A stretch of 64,000 nucleotides of DNA, taken from sequence record MZ502379.1, one strand, 5' to 3'. The notes under the pieces were generated by a model. That model did no database searches. It had not been told where the DNA came from and worked only from the letters and a program-made list of their open reading frames with translations. Of the stretch, positions 1 through 10,701 are shown one piece after another; position 1 is the stretch's first letter; the number at the start of each line of letters is the position of its first letter. This DNA comes from Escherichia phage vB_EcoM_Shinka. Both the position numbers and the translations under genes were made by a program.

Positions 1-295
<295 letters not shown>

Positions 296-296
<1 letters not shown>

Positions 297-535
297 TGGA
301 AGGTTTAATTGAAGCTATTAAATCAAACGACCTCGTAGCCGCTCGTAAATTATTTGCTGAAGCCATGGCTGCAAGAACGATTGATTTAATTAAAGAAGAA
401 AAAATCGCTATCGCTCGTAATTTCTTAATCGAAGGTGAAGAACCTGATGACGAGGATGATGACGAAGACGAAGATAGTGATGATAAAGACGACAAAAAAG
501 ACAAAGACTCTGACGAAGACGAGGATGATGAATAA
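296..535 (+). CDS. 67: Prohead core protein gp67
   Basis: 79 aa with highly acidic D/E-rich C-terminal tail; T4 position between 20 and 68. Confidence 0.75.
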
Positions 536-960
536 TGCTTCTGATCCCTGAAACTCATGAATTAGTTCTCGAGAATGTCGAAGCACTTATTCCTGAAGCA
601 CAGGGTCGCTTTGACGAATTGTCTTCTGCTTTAAATAAAGACGATATAAATACAATTGTCGAGAATATGCTTGATGATGAAACTGATTTAGCGGTTGCAT
701 TAGCTTCTATTAATGAAAATATGCCGTTAAATGAATTTATCGTTAAACATGTTTCTGCCCGTGGTGAAATTACTCGCACTAAAGATCGCAAAACCCGCGA
801 ACGTAATGCATTTCAAACTACCGGGTTGTCTAAAGCAAAACGTAGACAAATTGCTCGTAAAGCTACCAAAACGAAGATTGCCAATCCAGCAGGTCAATCT
901 CGTGCTCAGCGTAAGCGTAAAAAAGCTCTTAAACGCCGTAAAGCATTAGGATTAAGCTAA
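535..960 (+). CDS. 68: Prohead core protein gp68
   Basis: 141 aa, basic C-terminus; T4 size and position. Confidence 0.75.
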
Positions 961-1598
961 TGAATGAACCCCAATTACTAATTGAAACTTGGGGTCAACC
1001 TGGCGAAATTATTGATGGCGTACCAATGCTTGAATCTCATGATGGAAAAGACTTAGGTTTAAAACCGGGTTTATACATCGAAGGAATATTCATGCAAGCG
1101 GAAGTCGTCAATAGAAATAAACGTCTTTATCCAAAACGTATATTAGAAAAAGCGGTAAAAGACTATATTAATGAGCAAGTTTTAACTAAACAAGCTCTCG
1201 GAGAATTAAATCATCCTCCACGCGCTAATGTTGACCCGATGCAAGCCGCTATCATTATAGAAGATATGTGGTGGAAAGGAAATGACGTATACGGACGAGC
1301 TCGTGTTATTGAAGGTGACCACGGTCCTGGAGATAAATTAGCAGCTAATATTCGTGCCGGATGGATTCCAGGAGTTTCTTCTCGTGGATTAGGTTCATTG
1401 ACTGACACAAATAAAGGTTATCGTATCGTAAACGAAGGATTCAAATTAACTGTAGGTGTTGATGCAGTATGGGGTCCAAGTGCTCCAGATGCATGGGTAA
1501 CTCCTAAGGAAATTACCGAATCACAGACGGCGGAAGCCGATACAAGTGCCGATGACGCCTATATGGCTCTCGCAGAGGCCATGAAAAAAGCGTTATAA
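960..1598 (+). CDS. 21: Prohead core protease gp21
   Basis: 212 aa, sequence recognised as T4 gp21 ([16 protein letters not shown]...). Confidence 0.9.
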   Translation: MNEPQLLIETWGQPGEIIDGVPMLESHDGKDLGLKPGLYIEGIFMQAEVVNRNKRLYPKRILEKAVKDYINEQVLTKQALGELNHPPRANVDPMQAAIIIEDMWWKGNDVYGRARVIEGDHGPGDKLAANIRAGWIPGVSSRGLGSLTDTNKGYRIVNEGFKLTVGVDAVWGPSAPDAWVTPKEITESQTAEADTSADDAYMALAEAMKKAL

Positions 1599-1628
1599 AT
1601 ATTATTATCTAAACAACAGGACTACAAA

Positions 1629-2438
1629 ATGCTTAAAGAACAACTGATTGCTGAAGCGCAAAAAATTGATGCTTCCGTTGCTCTTGATAGTATTTTCGAA
1701 TCAGTTAATATTTCTCCGGAAGCAAAAGAAACTTTCGGCACTGTATTCGAAGCTACCGTCAAGCAGCACGCCGTTAAATTAGCTGAATCTCATATCGCTA
1801 AAATTGCTGAAAAAGCAGAAGAAGAAGTAGAAAAAAATAAAGAAGAAGCAGAAGAAAAAGCTGAGAAGAAAATCGCTGAGCAAGCTTCTAAATTCCTTGA
1901 CCATCTTGCAAAAGAATGGCTCACTGAAAATAAATTAGCAGTAGATAAAGGTATCAAAGCCGAACTGTTTGAATCCATGCTTGGTGGATTGAAAGAGCTC
2001 TTCGTTGAACACAACGTTGTTGTTCCAGAAGAATCAGTTGATGTTGTAGCTGAAATGGAAGAAGAACTGCAAGAACATAAAGAAGAATCAGCTCGTCTGT
2101 TCGAAGAACTCAATAAGCGTGACGCATATATCAATTATGTGCAGCGTGAAGTGGCATTGAGCGAAAGTACTAAAGATCTGACTGAGTCTCAAAAAGAAAA
2201 AGTCTCTGCTCTGGTCGAAGGTATGGATTATTCAGATGCATTCTCAAGTAAATTGAGTGCAATCGTAGAAATGGTGAAGAAATCTAATAAAGATGAAAGC
2301 ACTATTACTGAGAGTATAAATACTCCTGATACTGAAGCAGCCGGACTGAATTTCGTCACTGAAGCTGTAGAAGATAAATCTGCACAAGGTGCAGAAGATA
2401 TTGTAAGTGTATATGCGAAAGTCGCATCTCGTTTCTAA
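1629..2438 (+). CDS. 22: Prohead scaffold protein gp22
   Basis: 269 aa, coiled-coil E/K-rich, T4 size and position. Confidence 0.85.
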   Translation: MLKEQLIAEAQKIDASVALDSIFESVNISPEAKETFGTVFEATVKQHAVKLAESHIAKIAEKAEEEVEKNKEEAEEKAEKKIAEQASKFLDHLAKEWLTENKLAVDKGIKAELFESMLGGLKELFVEHNVVVPEESVDVVAEMEEELQEHKEESARLFEELNKRDAYINYVQREVALSESTKDLTESQKEKVSALVEGMDYSDAFSSKLSAIVEMVKKSNKDESTITESINTPDTEAAGLNFVTEAVEDKSAQGAEDIVSVYAKVASRF

Positions 2439-2456
2439 TTTTAAAGGTTAACACAA

Positions 2457-4022
2457 ATGACTATCAAAACTAAAGCTGAACTTTTGAACAAATGGAAGCC
2501 ATTACTGGAAGGTGAAGGTTTACCGGAAATTGCTAATAGCAAACAAGCGATTATCGCTAAAATCTTTGAAAACCAGGAAAAAGATTTCCAGACAGCTCCG
2601 GAATATAAAGACGAAAAAATTGCTCAGGCATTCGGTTCTTTCTTAACAGAAGCTGAAATCGGTGGTGACCACGGTTACAATGCTACCAACATCGCTGCAG
2701 GTCAGACTTCTGGAGCAGTAACTCAGATTGGCCCAGCTGTTATGGGTATGGTACGTCGTGCTATTCCTAACCTGATTGCTTTCGATATTTGTGGTGTTCA
2801 GCCAATGAACAGCCCGACTGGCCAAGTATTCGCACTGCGCGCAGTATATGGTAAAGACCCAATCGCTTCCGGTGCTAAAGAAGCATTCCACCCAATGTAT
2901 GGTCCAGATGCAATGTTCTCTGGTCAGGGTGCTGCTAAGAAATTCGCTGCTTTGAAAGCAAGTGATACTCTTGAAGTCGGAACTATTTACACTCACTTCT
3001 TCCAGGAAACTGGTACAGTATATCTGCAAGCTACAGAAGTTAAACAAATTGATTCAAGCGCATCTGACGCAGACAAATTAGATGCTGAAATTAAGAAACA
3101 AATGGAAGCTGGTGTACTGGTAGAAATCGCTGAAGGTATGGCTACTTCTATCGCTGAACTTCAGGAAGGTTTTAACGGTTCTACCGATAACCCATGGAAT
3201 GAAATGGGCTTCCGTATCGATAAGCAAGTTATCGAAGCTAAATCTCGTCAGCTGAAAGCTGCTTACTCTATTGAATTAGCACAAGACCTTCGCGCTGTTC
3301 ACGGTATGGATGCTGATGCTGAACTGTCTGGTATTCTGGCTACCGAAATTATGCTGGAAATCAACCGCGAAGTTGTTGATTGGATTAACTACTCCGCTCA
3401 GGTTGGTAAATCTGGTATGACCCTGACTCCGGGTTCTAAAGCTGGTGTATTTGACTTCCAGGACCCAATCGATATTCGTGGTGCTCGCTGGGCAGGTGAA
3501 TCCTTTAAAGCTCTGTTGTTCCAGATTGACAAAGAAGCAGTTGAAATTGCTCGTCAGACTGGTCGCGGCGAAGGTAACTTCATTATCGCTTCCCGTAACG
3601 TAGTTAACGTTCTGGCTTCAGTTGATACTGGCATTTCTTATGCTGCACAGGGTCTGGCTACCGGCTTCAACACTGATACTACCAAGTCAGTATTTGCTGG
3701 TGTTCTGGGTGGTAAATACCGCGTATATATCGACCAGTATGCTAAACAGGATTATTTCACTGTAGGTTATAAAGGTCCGAACGAAATGGATGCTGGTATT
3801 TACTATGCTCCATATGTAGCTCTGACTCCGCTGCGTGGTTCCGATCCGAAGAACTTCCAACCGGTAATGGGATTCAAAACTCGTTACGGTATCGGTATCA
3901 ACCCATTTGCAGAATCCGCTGCTCAGGCTCCGGCTTCTCGCATTCAGAGCGGTATGCCTTCTATTCTGAATAGCCTTGGTAAAAACGCTTACTTCCGCCG
4001 TGTATATGTTAAAGGTATCTAA
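2457..4022 (+). CDS. 23: Major capsid protein gp23
   Basis: 521 aa, recognised T4 gp23 sequence (MTIKTKAELLNKWKPLLEGEG...). Confidence 0.95.
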   Translation: MTIKTKAELLNKWKPLLEGEGLPEIANSKQAIIAKIFENQEKDFQTAPEYKDEKIAQAFGSFLTEAEIGGDHGYNATNIAAGQTSGAVTQIGPAVMGMVRRAIPNLIAFDICGVQPMNSPTGQVFALRAVYGKDPIASGAKEAFHPMYGPDAMFSGQGAAKKFAALKASDTLEVGTIYTHFFQETGTVYLQATEVKQIDSSASDADKLDAEIKKQMEAGVLVEIAEGMATSIAELQEGFNGSTDNPWNEMGFRIDKQVIEAKSRQLKAAYSIELAQDLRAVHGMDADAELSGILATEIMLEINREVVDWINYSAQVGKSGMTLTPGSKAGVFDFQDPIDIRGARWAGESFKALLFQIDKEAVEIARQTGRGEGNFIIASRNVVNVLASVDTGISYAAQGLATGFNTDTTKSVFAGVLGGKYRVYIDQYAKQDYFTVGYKGPNEMDAGIYYAPYVALTPLRGSDPKNFQPVMGFKTRYGIGINPFAESAAQAPASRIQSGMPSILNSLGKNAYFRRVYVKGI

Positions 4023-4037
4023 TCTTTGACGATTTAA

Positions 4038-4060
4038 GGGACCTTCGGGTCCCTTTAGTT
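4038..4060 (+). terminator. Rho-independent terminator after gene 23
   Basis: GC hairpin gggaccttcgggtccc followed by T-run. Confidence 0.6.
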
Positions 4061-4070
4061 GTTTTTATGG

Positions 4071-4078
4071 TATAAATA
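4071..4078 (+). promoter_or_regulatory. T4-type late promoter (TATAAATA) for gene 24
   Basis: Exact TATAAATA about 30 nt upstream of gene 24 start. Confidence 0.6.
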
Positions 4079-4105
4079 AATCATATAAACCAAAAGGAAA
4101 GCGCA

Positions 4106-5389
4106 ATGGCTAAAATCAACGAACTTCTGCGCGAATCAACCACAACGAATAGCAACTCAATCGGTCGCCCAAATCTCGTTGCTTTGACTCGCGCTACCAC
4201 TAAATTAATATATTCTGACATTGTAGCAACGCAAAGAACTAATCAACCTGTTGCTGCTTTTTATGGTATCAAATACCTTAACCCAGACAATGAATTTACA
4301 TTTAAAACTGGTGCTACTTATGCTGGCGAAGCTGGATATGTAGACCGAGAACAAATCACAGAATTAACAGAAGAGTCTAAATTAACTCTCAATAAGGGCG
4401 ATTTATTCAAATATAATAATATCGTTTATAAAGTATTAGAAGATACACCATTTGCTGATATTGAAGAAAGCGATTTAGAATTAGCTCTTCAGATTGCAAT
4501 CGTTCTTTTAAAGGTTCGTCTATTTTCTGATGCTGCAGTAACAAGCAAATTTGAAAACTCTGATAGCGAAATTGCGGATGCTAGATTCCAGATTAATAAA
4601 TGGCAAACCGCAGTTAAATCTCGTAAACTTAAAACTGGCATCACAGTTGAATTAGCACAAGATTTAGAAGCAAATGGATTCGATGCTCCTAATTTCTTGG
4701 AAGATTTGCTTGCAACTGAAATGGCGGATGAAATCAATAAAGATATTCTGCAGTCTTTGATTACAGTGTCAAAACGTTATAAAGTTACAGGAATTACTGA
4801 TACTGGATTCATTGATTTGAGTTATGCATCTGCACCTGAAGCTGGTCGTTCATTATACCGAATGGTATGTGAAATGGTTTCGCATATCCAAAAAGAATCA
4901 ACTTATACAGCAACGTTCTGTGTTGCTTCAGCTCGTGCCGCTGCGATTCTTGCTGCATCAGGTTGGTTAAAACATAAACCAGAAGATGATAAATATCTTT
5001 CACAAAATGCCTATGGGTTCTTAGCTAATGGTTTACCGCTTTATTGCGATACCAACAGTCCATTAGATTATGTAATCGTTGGCGTAGTAGAAAATATCGG
5101 TGAAAAAGAAATTGTTGGATCAATTTTCTATGCTCCGTATACAGAAGGTCTCGACTTAGATGACCCTGAACATGTAGGTGCATTTAAAGTTGTTGTTGAT
5201 CCAGAAAGCTTACAGCCGTCTATCGGTTTATTAGTTAGATATGCTTTATCAGCAAATCCTTATACCGTAGCAAAAGATGAAAAAGAAGCAAGAATAATTG
5301 ATGGTGGAGACATGGATAAAATGGCGGGTCGTTCAGATTTGTCTGTTTTATTAGGTGTTAAATTACCAAAAATTATCATTGATGAATAA
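4106..5389 (+). CDS. 24: Capsid vertex protein gp24
   Basis: 427 aa, gp23 paralog, T4 size and position. Confidence 0.9.
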   Translation: MAKINELLRESTTTNSNSIGRPNLVALTRATTKLIYSDIVATQRTNQPVAAFYGIKYLNPDNEFTFKTGATYAGEAGYVDREQITELTEESKLTLNKGDLFKYNNIVYKVLEDTPFADIEESDLELALQIAIVLLKVRLFSDAAVTSKFENSDSEIADARFQINKWQTAVKSRKLKTGITVELAQDLEANGFDAPNFLEDLLATEMADEINKDILQSLITVSKRYKVTGITDTGFIDLSYASAPEAGRSLYRMVCEMVSHIQKESTYTATFCVASARAAAILAASGWLKHKPEDDKYLSQNAYGFLANGLPLYCDTNSPLDYVIVGVVENIGEKEIVGSIFYAPYTEGLDLDDPEHVGAFKVVVDPESLQPSIGLLVRYALSANPYTVAKDEKEARIIDGGDMDKMAGRSDLSVLLGVKLPKIIIDE

Positions 5390-5395
5390 AACAAA

Positions 5396-5420
5396 GGGAC
5401 CTTTCGGTCCCTTTTTATTT
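5396..5420. terminator. Bidirectional terminator between convergent genes 24 and rnlB
   Basis: Hairpin gggacctttcggtccc flanked by A-run and T-run. Confidence 0.6.
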
Positions 5421-6423
5421 AACTTACCAATTCAATCCAAGCCGGACGAAGTACATCTTGTACCATTTTAACTAATTCCTTTTTAATCAAAGAAGGATTA
5501 TCCGCTTGAGTTAGAGTAATACCTTCACGAGAAGTTTCTTCCAAAATATCTTGAACAGTTAGCCCCATCACCTTTCCAAAATCCTTTGGACCAATTTCGC
5601 CAATTTTAGAAATAACGTTATTTACTCGGTTTAGTGTAACGTAACAAGCTAAAATCCCCACCAATTTGTTATCAGCTTCTGACAGTTCAACTTTAGCTTT
5701 AATAGGCTTATCAGACTTTTTCTTTTCACTAAATTTAGAATTCTTGCATTTGATGGCTACACGATTGCGATTAGGCAGCCAAGAAGGATAACAAGGTTTC
5801 AATACATATCCTTCAGCGGTAAATACTTCGCCTTTGTCTTCAGCTTTCCAAACACATTTGTTAGCGTCAATTAAACCTGCATTATCTACGGTAAAATTAT
5901 AAGACGGAACAACAGAATCCAAATCATTTGGCAATTTAATAAGCTCTTCAAATTTACCGCGACCTAAAAGTGGAGCTATTTTAAATTTAAATGTATTGCA
6001 GAATGATTCCATCATATAATCGTCGACATAAGTCACATCGCCACTTTCTGTAGTGACAATAATGTCAAATACATAAAAATCTTTATCACCATAATCGACA
6101 TTCTTCTGAATGCCAGGTCCAGCGAATTCGCCAAATACTTGATAAGATACAACTGCTGAAGTTTCCATAATATCTTGTACTGCTTTAATGGAATCAGCGT
6201 AATTCTTTAGAATAATTTCATACCCAAAGAAATCTTCAGCAGGAAGAATAGGACCAGTACGTTTAGCGCAAGTTACTTTATCACGCTCAATAATCAATGA
6301 GAAATTTGTGCCGTGAATCTTTTCACGAGCTACCCACTCCCCACCAGTCAATCCCAAGCTGTAAAGTTTTTCAATGAATTTAGAATTGTAATGATTTTCA
6401 AGACTACTATACTTTTTAAACAT
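5419..6423 (-). CDS. rnlB: RNA ligase 2 (Rnl2)
   Basis: 334 aa, recognised T4 Rnl2 sequence; nucleotidyltransferase motif EKIHGTN. Confidence 0.9.
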   Translation of the reverse strand: MFKKYSSLENHYNSKFIEKLYSLGLTGGEWVAREKIHGTNFSLIIERDKVTCAKRTGPILPAEDFFGYEIILKNYADSIKAVQDIMETSAVVSYQVFGEFAGPGIQKNVDYGDKDFYVFDIIVTTESGDVTYVDDYMMESFCNTFKFKIAPLLGRGKFEELIKLPNDLDSVVPSYNFTVDNAGLIDANKCVWKAEDKGEVFTAEGYVLKPCYPSWLPNRNRVAIKCKNSKFSEKKKSDKPIKAKVELSEADNKLVGILACYVTLNRVNNVISKIGEIGPKDFGKVMGLTVQDILEETSREGITLTQADNPSLIKKELVKMVQDVLRPAWIELVS

Positions 6424-6432
6424 AATTAATCC

Positions 6433-6711
6433 TCAAAATGTAATTTCTAACCAATCACCATCACGCTGATCACTATTAACTTTAAAGATGAATCCTTCTT
6501 TTCTCAGCCAATCACCAATTTCTTCAGTAATCAATTTATCACGAGCAATACAATAATAATTAAAATGTGTTTTACCCTGTTCAGCTGCTTTATTAGCAAG
6601 TTCCGAAAAATCTTTAATAAAACACTCTAGCTTAAACTGTTTACTTTTAAATGCTTTTTCGCGTAATTGATTAGCAAAAGATTCATTTTCATAAAGATCA
6701 TACTGTTCCAT
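6433..6711 (-). CDS. Hypothetical protein (T4 24.2-like by position)
   Basis: 92-aa ORF in track, same strand, tight spacing. Confidence 0.5.
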   Translation of the reverse strand: MEQYDLYENESFANQLREKAFKSKQFKLECFIKDFSELANKAAEQGKTHFNYYCIARDKLITEEIGDWLRKEGFIFKVNSDQRDGDWLEITF

Positions 6712-6714
6712 TTT

Positions 6715-6912
6715 TCACCTTTTATTAATATGTCTTTTTCTATAGACAACTTTTTCTCGAGTTTCAAATTTATTCTTAGCAGTCATAGCTCGAGCCCATA
6801 ATACAGCCACTTCTTTTGCCTGTAAGTTTAATTCACGAGCAATTTCAATGAATGACTTTCCAGACTCATGAAGAGTAAACACCACAACCTCAGTTCTCAT
6901 AATCAATCTCAT
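6715..6912 (-). CDS. Hypothetical small basic protein (T4 24.3-like by position)
   Basis: 65-aa ORF in track. Confidence 0.45.
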   Translation of the reverse strand: MRLIMRTEVVVFTLHESGKSFIEIARELNLQAKEVAVLWARAMTAKNKFETREKVVYRKRHINKR

Positions 6913-6967
6913 GTTATCGAGTTGATGCCATTATATACATCATTTTCTGAGTATGTTTTGTGTGCTT

Positions 6968-6994
6968 TCAAAATGAAGAAAGGGGCCGAAGCCC
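6968..6994 (-). terminator. Terminator downstream of hoc
   Basis: Hairpin ggggccgaagcccc followed by T-run on minus strand. Confidence 0.5.
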
Positions 6995-7007
6995 CTTATG
7001 ATTATGA

Positions 7008-8138
7008 TTATGGATAGGTATAGATGATACCAGTTTCTAAAGCAGTTTTATGAATGATGTATCCATTACGCGATTCTTGAACATCAACTTCTGGATAGTC
7101 TTTCATCATCTTCTGAAGAGTGTAACGATGTAGGTAATATTTACTATCTGGGTCGTCAGTTTTCCAATCTTTACCTTCTTCGGTCATTTTTTGGATTTCA
7201 TCCATAACCCACCAACCGCACCAGATATAAGCTGAAGTACGATGTGGAAGAGGATGAACATAAGGTAGTTCACCTTCTGGTTCTGGAGCAACTTTATCAG
7301 TTACCTGAACTTGACCTTCTGCTGTAATAGTTTTGCTATCGTAATCAGTTGCAGTAACAGTTGCAGTAACTTCAATAGTTTGACTTCCAATAGATGAGGT
7401 ATCAACGGTATATACATTAGTTGACCCTTCTACAGGAGAAGAATCTTTCTTCCACGAGTAAGTAATTTGTGCTGCGCCAGGTGCGCTAGTAACATTAGCG
7501 GTAAATGTAGCCGAAGCATCTTGCTGAACGTTAATAGAAGGAGGAGTCAATGTAACCTGTGGATTCATTGTCTTCTTATTAACTGTCAATGATACTTCAT
7601 TCGAAGTAACGCTCAGTGCATCATAATCTTTCGCTGTTACTTGAGCTACACACTTGATTTTTTTAACTCCACTTGCGGTAGGAGTGTAATTGAATGTAGC
7701 AGAAGTTGCTTCGACCACAGGAGAACCGTCAACGTGCCATTGATACGTAGCAGATGCGCCTGATGGTTGAGAAGCTAAAGCAGCAGTAAATTCAACAGCT
7801 GTTCCAATCACTCCAGCCGCAGGACTAGCAGGAGTTACAGCTAAGGTAGTCGTCTGTGTCTTATTTTGAACTGTGATAGTTGTTGTCGCTTCAGCCGTTT
7901 CCGGGCCTCCTTCAGAAAGTGTATTTGTTGCAACAACTTTAATTGTTTTTGTTCCAGCAGGTCCTTTTAACACATAATCAAAAGTTTCTGCCGATCCTAC
8001 TTGAGGAGCATCGTCTATACTCCATGCATAGGTAATAGTTCCACCTCCAGTTTCACCACTGGGTGTAGCAGTAAACTGCTTGGTTTCATCAATAACCCCT
8101 GTTGGTGTTTTAGGAGTTATATCAACTGTAAAAGTCAT
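7008..8138 (-). CDS. hoc: Highly immunogenic outer capsid protein Hoc (Ig-like domain repeats)
   Basis: 376 aa as in T4, T/S/V-rich repeated beta-sandwich-like segments. Confidence 0.85.
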   Translation of the reverse strand: MTFTVDITPKTPTGVIDETKQFTATPSGETGGGTITYAWSIDDAPQVGSAETFDYVLKGPAGTKTIKVVATNTLSEGGPETAEATTTITVQNKTQTTTLAVTPASPAAGVIGTAVEFTAALASQPSGASATYQWHVDGSPVVEATSATFNYTPTASGVKKIKCVAQVTAKDYDALSVTSNEVSLTVNKKTMNPQVTLTPPSINVQQDASATFTANVTSAPGAAQITYSWKKDSSPVEGSTNVYTVDTSSIGSQTIEVTATVTATDYDSKTITAEGQVQVTDKVAPEPEGELPYVHPLPHRTSAYIWCGWWVMDEIQKMTEEGKDWKTDDPDSKYYLHRYTLQKMMKDYPEVDVQESRNGYIIHKTALETGIIYTYP

Positions 8139-8147
8139 AAGTTATCC

Positions 8148-8828
8148 TTATTTTAATGTTACGAAAGAAGAGTTGCGTGTTTCACGAATTAAAACTGATC
8201 CATCACGATTAATGTAATAAATTAAGCTAAATAAAGTTTGGTGTGCTGACGCATGTTCAAAACTTGTTGGGTGAGATTTCCAATCAGGAGTTTCAGCAAT
8301 CCATTGATAAATCCACCAAGGAACAGTACAGAATCCTGGATTTTTTCCAATCAACTGAAGATTCGGGCTAAAGTTTTCCGGAAGAGTAAATACAGACGGC
8401 TTTTCAGATTCAATAATCTCAGCTACAGCCTGTTCAAATTTTTCTTCAACAAATGGAGTATCTTCAATCAAAACATCGGTATTTTCAGGAATTTTATCTG
8501 TTTCTACTACTTCAATTTTAATGTCAGATTTAACCGGAGAATCAATCAAAAGTGCTGCTTCTGGATTGACTTCTTCATCGTCATATTTTAACCCCTCTGC
8601 AGCATCAGCAGCATCAATTAAGTCTTTAATAGATAACCCATCAGTCTCCGGCATAGGTTCACTAGCGAGCTTCTGGAGGGCTTCTTCAATATCAACAACG
8701 ATATTATCAAAAGATTTATTCTTTTTGACCTTTATACCAAACTGTTCAGCATATTCAGCTAATTTAGCTTTAGCTTCTTTGTTATCATCAAGAGCCTTCA
8801 GCTCTGCAATATAATCTTTATCTATCAT
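8148..8828 (-). CDS. inh: Inh, inhibitor of prohead protease (by size and position)
   Basis: 226 aa acidic protein between hoc and uvsW as in T4. Confidence 0.65.
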   Translation of the reverse strand: MIDKDYIAELKALDDNKEAKAKLAEYAEQFGIKVKKNKSFDNIVVDIEEALQKLASEPMPETDGLSIKDLIDAADAAEGLKYDDEEVNPEAALLIDSPVKSDIKIEVVETDKIPENTDVLIEDTPFVEEKFEQAVAEIIESEKPSVFTLPENFSPNLQLIGKNPGFCTVPWWIYQWIAETPDWKSHPTSFEHASAHQTLFSLIYYINRDGSVLIRETRNSSFVTLK

Positions 8829-8841
8829 AATATTTCCTCAG

Positions 8842-8849
8842 TATAAATA
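8842..8849 (+). promoter_or_regulatory. Late promoter TATAAATA upstream of uvsW
   Basis: Exact TATAAATA about 30 nt upstream of ATG. Confidence 0.55.
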
Positions 8850-8878
8850 TAGATATATTTATTACATGGTATTTAGAC

Positions 8879-10390
8879 ATGACTGACATTAAAGTACATT
8901 TTTATGATTTTAGTCACGTGAGAATTGATTGTGAAGAAAGTACATTTCATGAACTCCGTGATTTCTTTAGCTTTGAAGCTGATGGGTATCGTTTTAATCC
9001 GAAGTACAGATATGGCCACTGGGATGGACGAATCCGTCTGTTAGATTATAATCGTCTTCTTCCATTCGGCTTAGTCGGGCAAATTAAAAAGTTCTGTGAT
9101 AACTTTGGCTATAAAGCCTGGATTGACCCACAAATTAACGAAAAAGAAGAATTATCAAGAAAAGATTTTGATGAATGGCTTTCTAAATTAGAAATCTATT
9201 CAGGAAATAAAAGAATTGAACCACACTGGTATCAAAAAGATGCAGTGTTCGAAGGATTAGTTAATCGTCGTAGAATTCTTAATCTTCCAACATCCGCTGG
9301 TAAATCGTTAATTCAAGCTTTGCTTGCGCGATATTATTTGGAAAATTATGAAGGTAAAATTCTTATCATTGTTCCAACAACTGCTCTGACAACTCAGATG
9401 GCTGATGACTTTGTTGACTATCGTTTATTCAGTCATGCAATGATAAAGAAAATTGGTGGCGGAGCATCAAAAGATGATAAATATAAAAATGATGCACCAG
9501 TCGTTGTTGGTACATGGCAAACTGTAGTTAAACAACCAAAAGAATGGTTCTCACAGTTTGGAATGATGATGAATGATGAATGCCATCTTGCTACAGGAAA
9601 AAGTATTTCATCTATCATATCAGGTTTAAATAACTGTATGTTTAAATTTGGTCTATCAGGTTCATTACGTGATGGCAAAGCCAATATCATGCAGTATGTT
9701 GGAATGTTTGGTGAAATATTTAAGCCAGTAACGACTTCTAAGTTAATGGAAGATGGACAAGTAACTGAGCTAAAAATTAATAGTATTTTTCTTCGCTATC
9801 CCGATGAGTTCACTACTAAATTAAAGGGAAAAACTTATCAAGAAGAAATAAAAATTATTACTGGGCTCAGTAAAAGAAATAAATGGATCGCTAAATTAGC
9901 TATTAAGCTTGCACAAAAAGATGAAAACGCTTTTGTCATGTTTAAACATGTATCGCATGGTAAAGCTATTTTCGATTTAATTAAAAACGAATACGATAAA
10001 GTTTATTACGTATCAGGGGAAGTTGATACCGAAACCCGCAATATAATGAAAACCTTAGCTGAAAATGGTAAAGGAATAATTATAGTAGCTAGTTATGGTG
10101 TATTTTCTACTGGTATTTCAGTTAAAAATCTGCATCACGTTGTTTTAGCGCACGGTGTTAAATCAAAAATCATTGTATTACAAACAATCGGTCGTGTATT
10201 ACGTAAGCATGGTTCTAAGACAATAGCAACAGTCTGGGATCTTATAGATGACGCGGGCGTCAAGCCAAAATCTGCTAATACGAAAAAGAAATATGTTCAT
10301 TTGAACTATCTTTTAAAACACGGCATTGATCGTATTCAGCGCTACGCAGATGAAAAATTTAATTACGTAATGAAAACAGTTAATTTATAA
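8879..10390 (+). CDS. uvsW: UvsW DNA/RNA helicase (503-aa ORF)
   Basis: Walker A LPTSAGKS and DExH-like NDECH motifs; T4 UvsW sequence. Confidence 0.85.
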   Translation: MTDIKVHFYDFSHVRIDCEESTFHELRDFFSFEADGYRFNPKYRYGHWDGRIRLLDYNRLLPFGLVGQIKKFCDNFGYKAWIDPQINEKEELSRKDFDEWLSKLEIYSGNKRIEPHWYQKDAVFEGLVNRRRILNLPTSAGKSLIQALLARYYLENYEGKILIIVPTTALTTQMADDFVDYRLFSHAMIKKIGGGASKDDKYKNDAPVVVGTWQTVVKQPKEWFSQFGMMMNDECHLATGKSISSIISGLNNCMFKFGLSGSLRDGKANIMQYVGMFGEIFKPVTTSKLMEDGQVTELKINSIFLRYPDEFTTKLKGKTYQEEIKIITGLSKRNKWIAKLAIKLAQKDENAFVMFKHVSHGKAIFDLIKNEYDKVYYVSGEVDTETRNIMKTLAENGKGIIIVASYGVFSTGISVKNLHHVVLAHGVKSKIIVLQTIGRVLRKHGSKTIATVWDLIDDAGVKPKSANTKKKYVHLNYLLKHGIDRIQRYADEKFNYVMKTVNL

Positions 10391-10415
10391 GGGCTTCGGC
10401 CCTTTGGAGAAAAAG

Positions 10416-10646
10416 ATGTTACTAGGATTTAAACAATTTCTTTATGAAGCTTCTATTGATGAATTTATGGGTAAAATTGCCTCTTGTCAAACATTAGAAG
10501 GTCTAGAAGAACTTGAAGCTTATTATAAGAAAAGAGTCAAAGAAACTGAATTAAAAGATACTGATGACATCTCTGTGAGAGATGCTTTGGCAGGAAAAAG
10601 AGCTGAATTAGAAGATTCAGACGATGAAGTAGAAGAAAGCTTTTAA
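10416..10646 (+). CDS. uvsW.1: UvsW.1 (76 aa from ATG), probable C-terminal part of UvsW
   Basis: Track ORF 10404..10646 starts at TTG; first ATG at 10416; acidic C-terminus. Confidence 0.65.
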   Translation: MLLGFKQFLYEASIDEFMGKIASCQTLEGLEELEAYYKKRVKETELKDTDDISVRDALAGKRAELEDSDDEVEESF

Positions 10647-10701
10647 ATTAAAAAAGGCCCAACCAAAAAGGAAGGGCCAAAACTATAGACTAAAGGTCAC
10701 A

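Noticed and set aside
1790-2134. 114-aa Ser-rich minus-strand ORF
   Set aside because: Lies wholly inside gene 22 on the opposite strand; antisense artefact of the E/K-rich scaffold gene.
8253-8814. Two plus-strand ORFs (112 aa and 97 aa)
   Set aside because: Both lie antisense within inh; no promoter or SD context; low-complexity translation.
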